From NCBI GenBank assembly GCA_963803435.1, contig CAWDML010000004.1:128001-192000 (forward strand): DNA of 64,000 nucleotides. The letters run 5' to 3'. This stretch comes from an uncultured delta proteobacterium. Lineage in GTDB: Bacteria; Myxococcota; Kuafuiibacteriia; Kuafuiibacteriales; Kuafuiibacteriaceae. Positions 20,548 through 30,629 of the stretch are shown one piece after another (positions within the stretch are counted from its first letter, which is position 1; every line of letters begins with the position of its first letter). The translations under genes were made by a program, and so were the position numbers. Under the pieces are notes generated by a model. That model saw only the letters and a list, made by a program, of their open reading frames with translations. It did not search any database and was not told the DNA's origin.

Positions 20548-20666
20548 GTCCTTTGTGCCGCCGAAGCCCAATCATACCAGGCACTTATGTAGGGCTCCCA
20601 GCGTGCGACTCTCCCGTACTGCTATAGCAGTGCAGGGCCGAGGCTTCAATGGTCTTGCGAGGGGGG

Positions 20667-22661
20667 CTAACCCTCGCTCTCGGCGACAGCCCGCAACTTG
20701 GGCCTGGGCACCATCGAGCTCATGAGCTTCGTCCCGAGCTCCTCGTCCTCGAGGTAGGTATATCCGTTCATGCCCGCCTCGAAGTGGCGCACCAGGGCGG
20801 CGCTCTGCTCGAAGGTCATGTCGCCCTTCGCCAGGGCGTGCTCCATGGCGATCCGAAGGCGGGTCATCAGGTGGCGCGGATCGTACGAGACGTAGCCGAT
20901 GACGTCTCGGACGGCGTCGCCCTCGACGATGCTCTTCACCGCGTAGCCGCTCGTCGGGTCGTACCGGATGTGCACGGCGTTGACGTCGCCGAACAGGTTG
21001 TGGAGATCGCCGAGGATCTCCTGATAGGCGCCCACGAGGAACACCCCCAGGAAGTAGGCCTCACCCGGGACGAACGTGTGGAGCTCGAGCGAGTCCTTGA
21101 CGTCGTGTAGGTCGATGAACTGGTTGATCTTGCCGTCGCTGTCGCAGGTGAGATCCGCCAGAATGCCGCGCCGTGTGGGCTGCTCGCCGAGCCGGTGGAT
21201 GGGCATGATCGGGAACAGGTGCTTCACCGCCCAGGAGTCGGGCACGCTCTGGAACACCGAGAAGTTGCAGAAGTAGGTGTCGGAGAGCTGGCGGTCGAGG
21301 CCGTCCAGATCCTCCGGGACGTAGTCCATCTCCTTGGCCAGCTTCCAGATCGAGCGGGCAGCCTTCCAGAACAACGCCTCGACGCGGGCGCGCTGCCGCA
21401 GGTTGAGGATGCCGTGGCGAAACAGCGAGAGCGCGTCCTCCTTCAGCTGCACGGCGTCGTGGTACGCCTCCTGGTAGTTCTTGCGGGAGATGCTGGACGC
21501 GACGTGCTCCATCTCCTCGATGACGGGGTGATCGCCCTCGTCGTTCTCGCCGTCGGGCGCCCGGGCCGGCGTGGGGACCGCCTGCTCTTCGGTCTGCCCG
21601 AGGACGTTGAAGACCAGCACCGAGTGGTGCGCCACCAGCGCGCGCCCCGACTCCGAGATGATGATCGGGTGCGGCACCTCCTCGCTGTCGAGGATCGTCT
21701 TCAAGGTGTAGACGATGTCGGCGGCGTACTCCTCGACGCTGTAGTTCTTCGACGCCTGGAAGTTGGTACGCGATCCGTCGTAGTCGACCGCCAGGCCGCC
21801 GCCGACGTCGATGTAGCCGAGCGGCGCGCCCATCTTGTGTAGATCGGAGTAGATGCGCGTGGCCTCGGCGACCGCGTCCTTGATCGCCCGGATCGCGGTG
21901 ATCTGCGAGCCCACATGGAAGTGCATCGCCACCAGCCGGTCCAGCATGCCCTCCTCGCCGAGGCGCTCGACCACCCGGACCAGCTCCGCGGCCGTGAGGC
22001 CGAACTTCGAGTGATCGCCGCCGGACTCGGCCCAGCGGCCGCTGCCCTTGCTGGCCAGCTTGGCCCGAACGCCGATGTTGGGCGAAAGGCCCATGCGCTT
22101 GGAGGCCTCGATGATCAGCTCGAGCTCGGCGAAGCGGTCGATGATGATGAGCGCGGTGATCCCGAGCCGCTGCGCCAGGAGTGCGGTCTCGATGTAGTCC
22201 CGATCCTTGTATCCGTTGCAGACCAGGACGCCGGCACCGGATTCGTCGCCCATCATGGCGATGGCGACCAGGAGCTCGGGCTTACTGCCGGCCTCCAGCC
22301 CGAGACCGAAGGGACGACCGTATTCGAGCAGCTCCTCCACGACGTGGCGCTGCTGGTTGACCTTGATCGGCATGACCAGCTGATAGCGGCCCTCGTAGCT
22401 GTACTCCGCGATCTTGTCGCGGAACGCCTGGTGGAGCTCCTCCATGCGGCGGCGCATGATGTCGGAGAAGCGGAGCAATAGCGGCATCGCCAGGCCGCGC
22501 CGGACCAGGTCGTCGACGACGCGCTTGACTGAGAGCTCCCCGCCGGAGGTGGCGCGCGGGGTGAGGACGACCTCGCCCTGTGCGTTGACATCGAAGTAAC
22601 CGTGTCCCCATCCGGCGACGTTGTAGAGCTCGGCGGAATCGCGGGGCGTCCAGACTTTCAC
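20667..22661 (-). CDS. speA: Biosynthetic arginine decarboxylase
   Basis: PIKVNQQRHVV, GLEAGSKPEL, CNGYKD, HFHVGSQI, DLTCDSDG. Confidence 0.95.
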   Translation of the reverse strand: MKVWTPRDSAELYNVAGWGHGYFDVNAQGEVVLTPRATSGGELSVKRVVDDLVRRGLAMPLLLRFSDIMRRRMEELHQAFRDKIAEYSYEGRYQLVMPIKVNQQRHVVEELLEYGRPFGLGLEAGSKPELLVAIAMMGDESGAGVLVCNGYKDRDYIETALLAQRLGITALIIIDRFAELELIIEASKRMGLSPNIGVRAKLASKGSGRWAESGGDHSKFGLTAAELVRVVERLGEEGMLDRLVAMHFHVGSQITAIRAIKDAVAEATRIYSDLHKMGAPLGYIDVGGGLAVDYDGSRTNFQASKNYSVEEYAADIVYTLKTILDSEEVPHPIIISESGRALVAHHSVLVFNVLGQTEEQAVPTPARAPDGENDEGDHPVIEEMEHVASSISRKNYQEAYHDAVQLKEDALSLFRHGILNLRQRARVEALFWKAARSIWKLAKEMDYVPEDLDGLDRQLSDTYFCNFSVFQSVPDSWAVKHLFPIMPIHRLGEQPTRRGILADLTCDSDGKINQFIDLHDVKDSLELHTFVPGEAYFLGVFLVGAYQEILGDLHNLFGDVNAVHIRYDPTSGYAVKSIVEGDAVRDVIGYVSYDPRHLMTRLRIAMEHALAKGDMTFEQSAALVRHFEAGMNGYTYLEDEELGTKLMSSMVPRPKLRAVAESEG

Positions 22662-22768
22662 GGTTTGAGCAATACAACCAGCGGACCGGAGGTCAAAAGC
22701 TTTTCCGTGATTCTTGCCGCACGCCCGACGCTTGCGGGGTTGGGATCACTTCGGCAAGCTGGCGCCCG

Positions 22769-25090
22769 GTGCTCGAGAGTAGCCGGTGGCGGCGCCCAGG
22801 GCGCTTTCTTCGTGATCTGAACATTCTCGCGCTGCTGGTGGTGATCGCCTCCGGCGCGTCGCTGCTTCTCCTACCTCAGTCGGACGACGGCTTGCTCGGC
22901 CTGCCCGACCTGGTCGCCGGCGAGTCGGCGCCGCGCACCATCAAGAGCCCGCGCACCTTCGCGATCGAGGATCCGGAGACGACCGCGCGGCTGCGTCGCG
23001 AGGCCCGCGGCCGCGAGCGACCGACCTACGATCTGCACGTCGGCTTCGGGCAGGACGCGAAGGCGCGCATCGAGGCCGCCTTCCTGGCGGCCGCCGCTGC
23101 TCAGCCGGTGACGAGCGGGGGCGCGGATCGTCCCGAGCCTGGCGCCAAGCTCGCCGCAGCGGCCGACAAGGAGCAGGAGGACGCCCGCCGCGAGCGCGCC
23201 CGGGCGTTCATGCTCGCGCTCGGCGTGACGCTCGACGAGTCGGCGCTCCTGCCGCTGATCAAGGCCTCGGGCGACGACGAGCTCCGCGACGCAGCCATCA
23301 TGCTGGTCAAGGCGGTGTTCGAGGGCCGGATCGTCGAGGACAAGGCGCTCCTCGCGCTGCGGGCGCCGAACGGTCTCCAGGTCCGGATGGTCAACCCGGA
23401 CGGCACGGTCAACCGCGAGGAGAACGTCTTCAACTACAACGCGATCGTCGGCTTCGACGCCGCCCGGGCCAAGGTGGACGAGCTGGTCGCCGACCGCATG
23501 CTCCGGTTCCCGCTCGAGGAGCGGCGCGCGGTGGCGATGCTGGCGAAGCGCCTGCTGAAGCCGAACCTGATCCCCAACGAGTTCGAGACCGAGCGCCGCA
23601 AGCTGGCCGCGGAGCGGTCGGTGAAGACGGTCGTCATCCCCATCAAGTCCGGCGAGACCGTGCTGCGGGCCGGCGAGCGCATCACCGAGCGCCACCTGTT
23701 CATCTTGGTCGGAATGGAGCAGGAGCTGCGGGCCGAGAGCCGCGTGCAGGCCTCCGCCGGGAGCGCGCTCCTCATCGTCGTGTTGGTCATCCTGATCTAT
23801 CGCTTCAGCCGGCTGGGCTTCCGGCGGTTCAGCCCGACGCACCGCGACCTCGCGTTCCTCGCCACCGCGTACCTGGCGACGCTGCTGTCGATTTGGGCAG
23901 GGTACAAGGGCGTCCTCTACCTCACGGAGGCGTTCCCGCTGGTCTCGATCACCGCCTATCGCTTCGCGCTCCCGGTGGCCGCCGGCGCGCTCCTGGTGCG
24001 CTTCGTGGTGGGCGCCGAGTCGGCGGCCGCGTTCGCGGTGGTGGTGGGCCTGACCGCGGGCTGGATGATGGACGCCAACCTCGGGTACGCCGCGTACGCG
24101 ACCGCCGGCGCCTTTGCAGCGGCCACCGTGCGCGACTCGGACCACCCGCGCGCGTCCCTGTTCATCGCGGGCTTGCGGAGCGCGGTGGCGCAGGGCCTGA
24201 TCGTGGTCTCGCTGGCGCTCCTCCGCTCGAGCCTCGGTCTCGAGGAGACCACCGGCGAGCTCCTGGCGGCGGCGGTGTCCGGGCTGATCACGGCCGTGGT
24301 GGTGTGGGCGGTGGTGCCGGCGGTGGAGGTGCTCTTCGGCTACACCACCGCGCTGAAGCTGAACGACCTGGCCAACCTGAACCACCCCTTGCTCCGCCAG
24401 CTGCTGGTGGAGGCGCCCGGCACGTACCACCACGCGATCATGGTGGGGACGCTGGCCGAGGCCGCGGCTACCGCGATCGGCGCGAACCGCCTGCTCGCCC
24501 GGGTCGGCGGCTACTATCACGACGTGGGCAAGATCCGGAACCCGCGCGCGTTCGAGGAGAACGGGCACACCGGATTCCCGACCCTTTCGCCGCTCGACGA
24601 GGCCAAGGAGCTCAAGATGCACGTCGCCGACGGTCTCGAGATCGGCGCCAAGCATCGCCTCGGCCAGGCCGTCCTCGAGATCATCGCGCAGCATCACGGC
24701 ACCTCGAAGGTCCGCATCGCGCGAAGGCGCTCGGTCGGTCCCACGTCCGACGCCGACTTCGCCTACGCGGGCCCACGGCCGATGGAGCCCGAGTCGGCGC
24801 TGGTCATGCTGGCGGACGTGGTCGAGGTTGGCACGCGCGATCTGGTCGCAGAGGTGGGCCTGGAGCGGCCGCGCATCGAGTCGATGGTGCGCCGGCTGGT
24901 GACCGAGATGGAGGCCGACGCTCAGCTCGATCTCTGCGATCTCACGCTCAAGGATCTCGGTGTGGTGATCCGCGAGTTCACCGACGTCCTCGACGAGCGC
25001 GTCTCCCGGCGGACGCGCTCCACGCTGTCCGCGATCCCGACCATCTCGGCGGCGGCCGTGGTCCGGGCTCCCGGCGGCGAGCCGAACTGA
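22769..25090 (+). CDS. 7TM-HD family phosphohydrolase (PgpH-like)
   Basis: Extracytoplasmic domain, ~7 TM, APGTYHH, YYHDVGK, IIAQHHGT, MLAD; typical neighbour of ybeY. Confidence 0.88.
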   Translation: MLESSRWRRPGRFLRDLNILALLVVIASGASLLLLPQSDDGLLGLPDLVAGESAPRTIKSPRTFAIEDPETTARLRREARGRERPTYDLHVGFGQDAKARIEAAFLAAAAAQPVTSGGADRPEPGAKLAAAADKEQEDARRERARAFMLALGVTLDESALLPLIKASGDDELRDAAIMLVKAVFEGRIVEDKALLALRAPNGLQVRMVNPDGTVNREENVFNYNAIVGFDAARAKVDELVADRMLRFPLEERRAVAMLAKRLLKPNLIPNEFETERRKLAAERSVKTVVIPIKSGETVLRAGERITERHLFILVGMEQELRAESRVQASAGSALLIVVLVILIYRFSRLGFRRFSPTHRDLAFLATAYLATLLSIWAGYKGVLYLTEAFPLVSITAYRFALPVAAGALLVRFVVGAESAAAFAVVVGLTAGWMMDANLGYAAYATAGAFAAATVRDSDHPRASLFIAGLRSAVAQGLIVVSLALLRSSLGLEETTGELLAAAVSGLITAVVVWAVVPAVEVLFGYTTALKLNDLANLNHPLLRQLLVEAPGTYHHAIMVGTLAEAAATAIGANRLLARVGGYYHDVGKIRNPRAFEENGHTGFPTLSPLDEAKELKMHVADGLEIGAKHRLGQAVLEIIAQHHGTSKVRIARRRSVGPTSDADFAYAGPRPMEPESALVMLADVVEVGTRDLVAEVGLERPRIESMVRRLVTEMEADAQLDLCDLTLKDLGVVIREFTDVLDERVSRRTRSTLSAIPTISAAAVVRAPGGEPN

Positions 25091-25098
25091 CCTCGGAG

Positions 25099-25530
25099 AT
25101 GCCCGTCTCGCTCACGCGCCGCCGCCGCCAGGGCGCGCAGGGTGGCTCGCCCGCGCGGGTGCGCCGGGCGGTGGAGATGACGCTCGAGGTCGAGTCGGCG
25201 GAGGGCCGCGAGGTCTCGGTTCTCCTCACTGACGACGCCGAGATTCACGAGCTCAACCGGGGCTACCGCGGCGTGGATCGCCCCACCGACGTGCTCGCCT
25301 TCGCGCTCGACGAGGCCGGTGTGGTCGACGTGGGGCTGGGCGACGTGGTGATCAGCGTGGAGCGGGCCCGCGCGCAGGCGAAGAGCCGGCGCACCGACCT
25401 CGATCGGGAGCTCGAGCTCCTGGCCGTGCACGGGACGCTCCATCTGCTCGGGTACGATCATGCGGAGCCGGGCGAGGCACGGGCGATGCGCAACCGGACG
25501 CGCCTGATCCGCCGAAGGCTGTGCCGTTGA
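25099..25530 (+). CDS. ybeY: rRNA maturation endoribonuclease YbeY
   Basis: LNRGYRGVDRPTDVLAF, LGDVVIS, HGTLHLLGYDH. Confidence 0.93.
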   Translation: MPVSLTRRRRQGAQGGSPARVRRAVEMTLEVESAEGREVSVLLTDDAEIHELNRGYRGVDRPTDVLAFALDEAGVVDVGLGDVVISVERARAQAKSRRTDLDRELELLAVHGTLHLLGYDHAEPGEARAMRNRTRLIRRRLCR

Positions 25531-25561
25531 CTCGAATGGCGGGGCGTACTTCTCTCCCTCC

Positions 25562-26800
25562 ATGGAGATCCCAAAGGGCGAGCGCTCCCCCCTGCCCGAG
25601 CTGGGGCCGATCCCGGACCTTCCCGAAGGCTCGAGCAAGATGATCATCGAGATGGGGCCGTCCCATCCGGCGATGCACGGCACGGTGAAGATGCGGGTGC
25701 GGGTCGACGGCGAGACCGTGGAGCGGATCGACGTGGACGTCGGCTACCTGCACCGCGCGTTCGAGAAGTCGTCCGAGAACGCCACCTGGACGATGATCTT
25801 CCCCTACACCGATCGGCTGAACTACGTCTCGCCGCTGATCAACAACAACGCCTACGCGTCGGCCGTGGAGAAGCTCTTCGACCTCGAGATCCCGCTGCGC
25901 GCAAAATACTGCCGGACGATCGCCGCCGAGATGTCGCGAATGTCGGACCACTTCACTTCGATCGGCGCCTCCACCATGGAGCTGGGCGCGTTCACCGGGA
26001 TGCTCTATCTGATCGAGGCCCGCGACATCATGTGGGACGCCGTCGAGGAGCTCTGCGGGGCCCGGCTGACCGTCTCCTACGCTCGCATCGGCGGCGTGGT
26101 GCAGGACCTGCCGGACGGGTTCGCGCCCGGGCTGCGGAAGAAGCTCGACCGGATCGCCGGGCTGCTCGACGACGTCGACACCCTCCTCACGCGGAACCGG
26201 ATCTTCATCGACCGCATGAAGGGGATCGGGACGATGAGCGCCGACGACGCGATCTCCTGGGGCTGGACCGGACCCTGCCTGCGCTCGACCGGGATCCCGT
26301 ACGACGTCCGCCGTGCCGCGCCCTACGACGTCTACGACCGCATCGAGTTTGACGTCGCGGTCGGCGATCACGGCGACAACTACGATCGCTACCTGGTGCG
26401 GATGCAGGAGCTCCGGGAGTCGCGCAGGATCCTGCTCCAGTGTCTGGATCAGATCGATGACACGCCGCCCGAGACCATCGTCGACGACGCCCGCATCAAG
26501 CTGCCCGAGAAGGAGAAGGTTCACACCGCCATCGAGGAGCTGATGAACCACTTCAAGCTGATCATCGAGGGCATCCAGGTACCCAAGGGGGAGGCCTACG
26601 CATATCAGGAGGGGGCCAACGGGGAGCTCGGCTTCTACATCGTCTCCAACGGCGGCGGAAAGCCGTTGAAGATCCGCTGTCGTCCGCCCTGTTTCCCGAT
26701 CACCTCGTCGCTCCAGCAGCTGATCGAAGGCGGAATGCTCGCGGACATCGTCCCGACGTTCGGCTCGATCAACATGATCGGTGGAGAGTGTGACCGCTGA
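25562..26800 (+). CDS. nuoD: NADH-quinone oxidoreductase subunit D
   Basis: MGPSHPAMHGT, GYLHRAFEK, DRLNY, C-terminal GECDR. Confidence 0.93.
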   Translation: MEIPKGERSPLPELGPIPDLPEGSSKMIIEMGPSHPAMHGTVKMRVRVDGETVERIDVDVGYLHRAFEKSSENATWTMIFPYTDRLNYVSPLINNNAYASAVEKLFDLEIPLRAKYCRTIAAEMSRMSDHFTSIGASTMELGAFTGMLYLIEARDIMWDAVEELCGARLTVSYARIGGVVQDLPDGFAPGLRKKLDRIAGLLDDVDTLLTRNRIFIDRMKGIGTMSADDAISWGWTGPCLRSTGIPYDVRRAAPYDVYDRIEFDVAVGDHGDNYDRYLVRMQELRESRRILLQCLDQIDDTPPETIVDDARIKLPEKEKVHTAIEELMNHFKLIIEGIQVPKGEAYAYQEGANGELGFYIVSNGGGKPLKIRCRPPCFPITSSLQQLIEGGMLADIVPTFGSINMIGGECDR

Positions 26801-28116
26801 CTCCACCGGCGACCTGACGATCCGGAACGGGACGCTCGTATCGGCGCGCGGGCGTGTGCAGGGTGACCTGCAGATCATCGGCGGGCGCATCTCCGCCGTC
26901 GGTGCGGTGAAGGACGACCGCGGGGAGGTTTTCGACGCCACTCACCTCCTGGTGATGCCGGGCGTGATCGATCCGCAGGTCCACTTCCGCGAGCCGGGGA
27001 ACACGCACAAGGAGGACATCCACACCGGGTCGCGCGCCTGCGCCGCCGGCGGTGTGACCTCCTTCCTCGAGATGCCGAACACGCACCCGCCGACCACGAC
27101 CCCCGAGGCGCTCGCGTACAAGATGCAGCGCGGAGCCCTGACGTCGCTGGTCAACTACGGCTTCTTCATCGGCGCCACCGGGGACAACGTCGACGTGCTC
27201 AACGCGGTGGAGCAGGTCCCGGGCATCAAGATCTTCATGGGCGCCAGCACCGGATCACTGCTGGTGAGCGAGCGCGAGCCGCTCGAGCGGATCTTCTCCA
27301 ACGGCAGCCGGTTGATCGCGGTGCACGCCGAAGATCAGCCGCGCCTCGACGAGCGGTACGCAGCCTTCGCCGGAGCGACCGATCCCAAGGTGCACTCGGA
27401 GATCCGGGACGTCGAGACGGCCCTGCGCGCGACGAAGCTGGCCGTCGAGCTCTCCGATCTCTACCGGCGGCGCCTCCACGTCCTCCACATGTCGACCGGC
27501 GACGAGGCGGACTTCCTGCGCGCCCACGGGAAGGACGGGGCACGGATCACCTGCGAGGTCACGCCGCAGCACCTCCTGCTCAACGCGCCCGAGATCTACC
27601 GATCGACTCGGGACGCTCGCGCAGATGAACCCGCCGCTCCGGACCAAGGAGCACAGCGACCGCCTCTGGGCGGCGCTCCTCGACGGCACGATCGACTGCA
27701 TCGCCACCGATCACGCGCCGCATACGCTGGAAGAGAAGGCGCTCGGCTTCGGCAAGGCGCCTTCGGGGATGCCGGGCGTCGAGACCGCGCTGCCGCTGAT
27801 GGTCGACGCGGCCGCCCAGGGCCGGTGCGCGATCGAGCACGTGGTGGAGTGGATGTGCGAGGCCCCGGCGCGGTGCTATCGGATGAAGCGGAAGGGGCGC
27901 CTGACGGTCGGGTTCGACGGGGACGTGGTGCTGGTCGACCCGGCGCGGGTTCAGCCGGTGGGCGCCCGCGGGTATCAGACGAAGGTGGCCTGGAGCCCCT
28001 TCGAGGGCATGCGCCTGACGGGGTGGCCGATCGCCACGGTCGTCGGCGGGCACTTCGTTTATCGCGACGGTGTGGTCGGGGCGAGGGCGCGGGGCGCTCC
28101 GATCGAGTTCGAGTAA
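26781..28116 (+). CDS. pyrC: Dihydroorotase, split by a 1-bp frameshift at ~27600
   Basis: PGVIDPQVHFREPG, EMPNT, CEVTPQHL, MNPPLR, IATDHAPH; removing one C in TACCGATCG restores EIYDRLGTLAQMNPP. Confidence 0.88.
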
Positions 28117-28123
28117 AATCGTC

Positions 28124-28150
28124 GATCCAGTCGCCGCTGCAAGGGCGAAG
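28124..28150 (+). promoter_or_regulatory. Putative ECF promoter GATCC-N17-CGAAG, copy 1
   Basis: gatcc agtcgccgctgcaaggg cgaag, upstream of the caspase-like gene. Confidence 0.65.
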
Positions 28151-28318
28151 GGTGCCTTCGAGATGGGGCCGCCATGGCCTTCACCAGGTGGGACGCCCTC
28201 GCCCAATGCCGCATCGTTGGCCTCTTGCGGGTCGCGGGGACGTCTCCATCGAAGGTTGGGATGGGCTGGGCGCCGGGGACCCCCTTCCTCGACGCCCGGC
28301 CCCGTCCCGTCGAAGATC

Positions 28319-29923
28319 GTGGGTGTGGGGCTCCGCATCGGGCTCGTCCTCGCGCTCTTGTGGTCGGTGCCCGCGCTGGCCGCCGAGCGGAGCTACGCGC
28401 TGGTGATCGGCAACTCCACCTCGCTGACACCCGGCGTGCGGCCCCTCGAGTTTGCCGATGACGACGCGGCTCGTTACGCGGAGCTCCTCGATGCGGTCAC
28501 CGATCGCGTCGTGTTGCTCACCGTGCTCGACCCGGACGCGCAGCGAATCCACCCCGAGCTGGCGGCGCACGCCCGCCCGCCGGATCGCAAAGGGGTGCTG
28601 GCGGCGCTCGCCGATCTGTACGCTTCGATGGACCGGGATCGTAAGGCGGGGCGCTCCGTCGTCTTCTACTTCATCTTGATCGGACACGGAGAGCTGGGGC
28701 CGGGCGGAGAGGGCTTCGTCTCGCTCCTCGACGCGCCCTTCACCCGGGCCGACCTGTACGAGCAGGTGCTCTCGCGCTCCCCGGCCACCACGAACCACGT
28801 CATCATCGACGCGTGCAACTCGTACTTCCTGGTGAATCGACGCGGCGCGGACGATAGCGGGCCCTCCCGCGCCGAGGCGGTCGAGGCGTACCTGAGCCGG
28901 GAGGACCTCGCGAGCTACCCGAACACGGGCGTCCTGCTCTCGACGAGCAGCGCCAAGGAGAGCCACGAGTGGTCGGCCTATCGCGCCGGCGTGTTCTCCC
29001 ACGAGGTCCGCTCGGCGATGACCGGGGCAGCGGACGCCAACCGCGACGGTCGCGTCGACTACTCGGAGCTCCACGCGTTCGTGGCGGCGGCCAACCTTCG
29101 TGTGGACGATCCGCGCGCGCGCATCGATCTGTTCGTCCGCCCTCCGGCGATCGACGTCCGCACGCCGCTGATCGATCTCCGCTCATCGCACTTCTCGAAC
29201 TACCTCGCGGTTCCCGCGGGTGCTCCGGTGCGCTTCTATCTCGAAGACGACCGCGGCGTTCGCTACGCCGACGTCAACCTGAGCGGCGAGACCGAGACCT
29301 ATCTGGCGCTGGTCCGGCGCGACTTCTACTGGGTGCGCGATCCCGACGATCGCCGCGAGGGCAGGTTGGATCTGGCGGGCGCCGGGCAGCTCGAGCTGGA
29401 TGTGGGCGCGATGCGGCCCCGGCGGATCGCGGCGCGCGGCGCCATCGGCGACACGTTCCAGACCCAGCTCTTCCGCGAGCCGTTCGGGCCCGAGTTCTAT
29501 CGAGGGTTCGCGGCCGCGCACGGCTACGTGGCCGCCTCCGAGTCCGGAACCTGGGTCCCGCTGGTGGCCGAGGTCGACGCGGCCCCGCCCGCCCGGACCG
29601 CCGCCTCCATCGCGCTCTGGGCGACCGCCGCCGGGCTCGTCGGGGTCGGCGTTTACGCTCAGGTCCGCAGCTCGAAGGCGGTGCGCGACTTCGATGCGCA
29701 CGTTCGCGCCGACGGCACCGTCGAGGGCCTCACGCGGCCCGAGGCCGAGGCGCTGGAGAAGGACGCGCGCGTCTGGGCGTGGACTCGGAACGGGGTGCTC
29801 GCAGGTGCTACGGCCGCGCTGATCAGCGGACTCGTCGTCTGGTTGTGGCCCGAGGTCGGGGGAGCGCACGACGTCTCGGTGGGTTCGGATGGGACCTCGG
29901 TCCTCGTGAACGGTGTCTTCTGA
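28319..29923 (+). CDS. Exported caspase-like (peptidase C14 family) protease with C-terminal membrane segments
   Basis: Signal peptide; YALVIGN, LEFADDDA, catalytic His in IGHG and Cys in IIDACNS; GAADANRDGRV; start approximate. Confidence 0.85.
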   Translation: MGVGLRIGLVLALLWSVPALAAERSYALVIGNSTSLTPGVRPLEFADDDAARYAELLDAVTDRVVLLTVLDPDAQRIHPELAAHARPPDRKGVLAALADLYASMDRDRKAGRSVVFYFILIGHGELGPGGEGFVSLLDAPFTRADLYEQVLSRSPATTNHVIIDACNSYFLVNRRGADDSGPSRAEAVEAYLSREDLASYPNTGVLLSTSSAKESHEWSAYRAGVFSHEVRSAMTGAADANRDGRVDYSELHAFVAAANLRVDDPRARIDLFVRPPAIDVRTPLIDLRSSHFSNYLAVPAGAPVRFYLEDDRGVRYADVNLSGETETYLALVRRDFYWVRDPDDRREGRLDLAGAGQLELDVGAMRPRRIAARGAIGDTFQTQLFREPFGPEFYRGFAAAHGYVAASESGTWVPLVAEVDAAPPARTAASIALWATAAGLVGVGVYAQVRSSKAVRDFDAHVRADGTVEGLTRPEAEALEKDARVWAWTRNGVLAGATAALISGLVVWLWPEVGGAHDVSVGSDGTSVLVNGVF

Positions 29924-29932
29924 CACGTTTTT

Positions 29933-29959
29933 GATCCAACCCCCGTCATCGTGGCGAAG
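29933..29959 (+). promoter_or_regulatory. Putative ECF promoter GATCC-N17-CGAAG, copy 2
   Basis: gatcc aacccccgtcatcgtgg cgaag, 10 nt before ATG 29970. Confidence 0.7.
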
Positions 29960-29969
29960 TAGTGCTCAG

Positions 29970-30629
29970 ATGCGCGCACTGCTCTGCCTGATCCTGATCG
30001 CTCTGATCCCTGTCCGCGCCTTCGCCTCCGACGGCGCCTCTTCGAACGGAGACTCCTCGGCGGACTCCTCCGGAGACTCCTCCGATCAGGGCGGCTCGAG
30101 CGCGCAGAGCAAGGACTCGTCCGACTCCTCCCAGGACGATCAGTCCTGCGAGAACTCGTCGAAGGACTCGAGCAAGGAGTCGACGGACAACTCCACCGAC
30201 GCGACCTCGAAGGGCAAGAGCGGACGCACGTTCACGATCGCCGCCGCGATCGTGGTGGCCGGCGCGGCGATCGCCGCGGGCATCGGCTTCGGCGCCACCA
30301 CCACGCGCCGCCACCGGGAGGACGCCGAGCAGCAGCTCTCGAAGTTCCTGAGGCGCAATCACTCGGCCGTGGTGCACGACGTGGCCCTCGCAGAGGGGCC
30401 GATCCTCGAGGGCTGGGCGGAGGAGTGGGGCTTCGAGCCCGAGGAGGTGCAGCGCTTTCTCGGAGAGCTCGCCGGCTCAAAGGAGCAGGTCGCATTGGTC
30501 GAGACCATGAGCAAGCTCGAGAGCCCCGGTGCTGCCAGGCGCTTCGCCACCGAGCTGTTCCAGGTGATGGCGCGAACGGTCGGTCGCGAGCGCGCGAGCG
30601 CGGTCGCCTCGGTGAGCAGCCCCTCGTGA
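29970..30629 (+). CDS. Secreted Ser/Asp-rich protein, DUF3015-like C-terminus
   Basis: Signal peptide, S/D-rich linker, hydrophobic helix, FLRRNHSAVVHDVALAEG. Confidence 0.6.
   Translation: MRALLCLILIALIPVRAFASDGASSNGDSSADSSGDSSDQGGSSAQSKDSSDSSQDDQSCENSSKDSSKESTDNSTDATSKGKSGRTFTIAAAIVVAGAAIAAGIGFGATTTRRHREDAEQQLSKFLRRNHSAVVHDVALAEGPILEGWAEEWGFEPEEVQRFLGELAGSKEQVALVETMSKLESPGAARRFATELFQVMARTVGRERASAVASVSSPS

Noticed and set aside
28289-28315. Fourth ECF promoter copy (GACGC-N15-CGAAG) just before the caspase start
   Set aside because: Both the -35 sequence and the spacing deviate from the three exact copies
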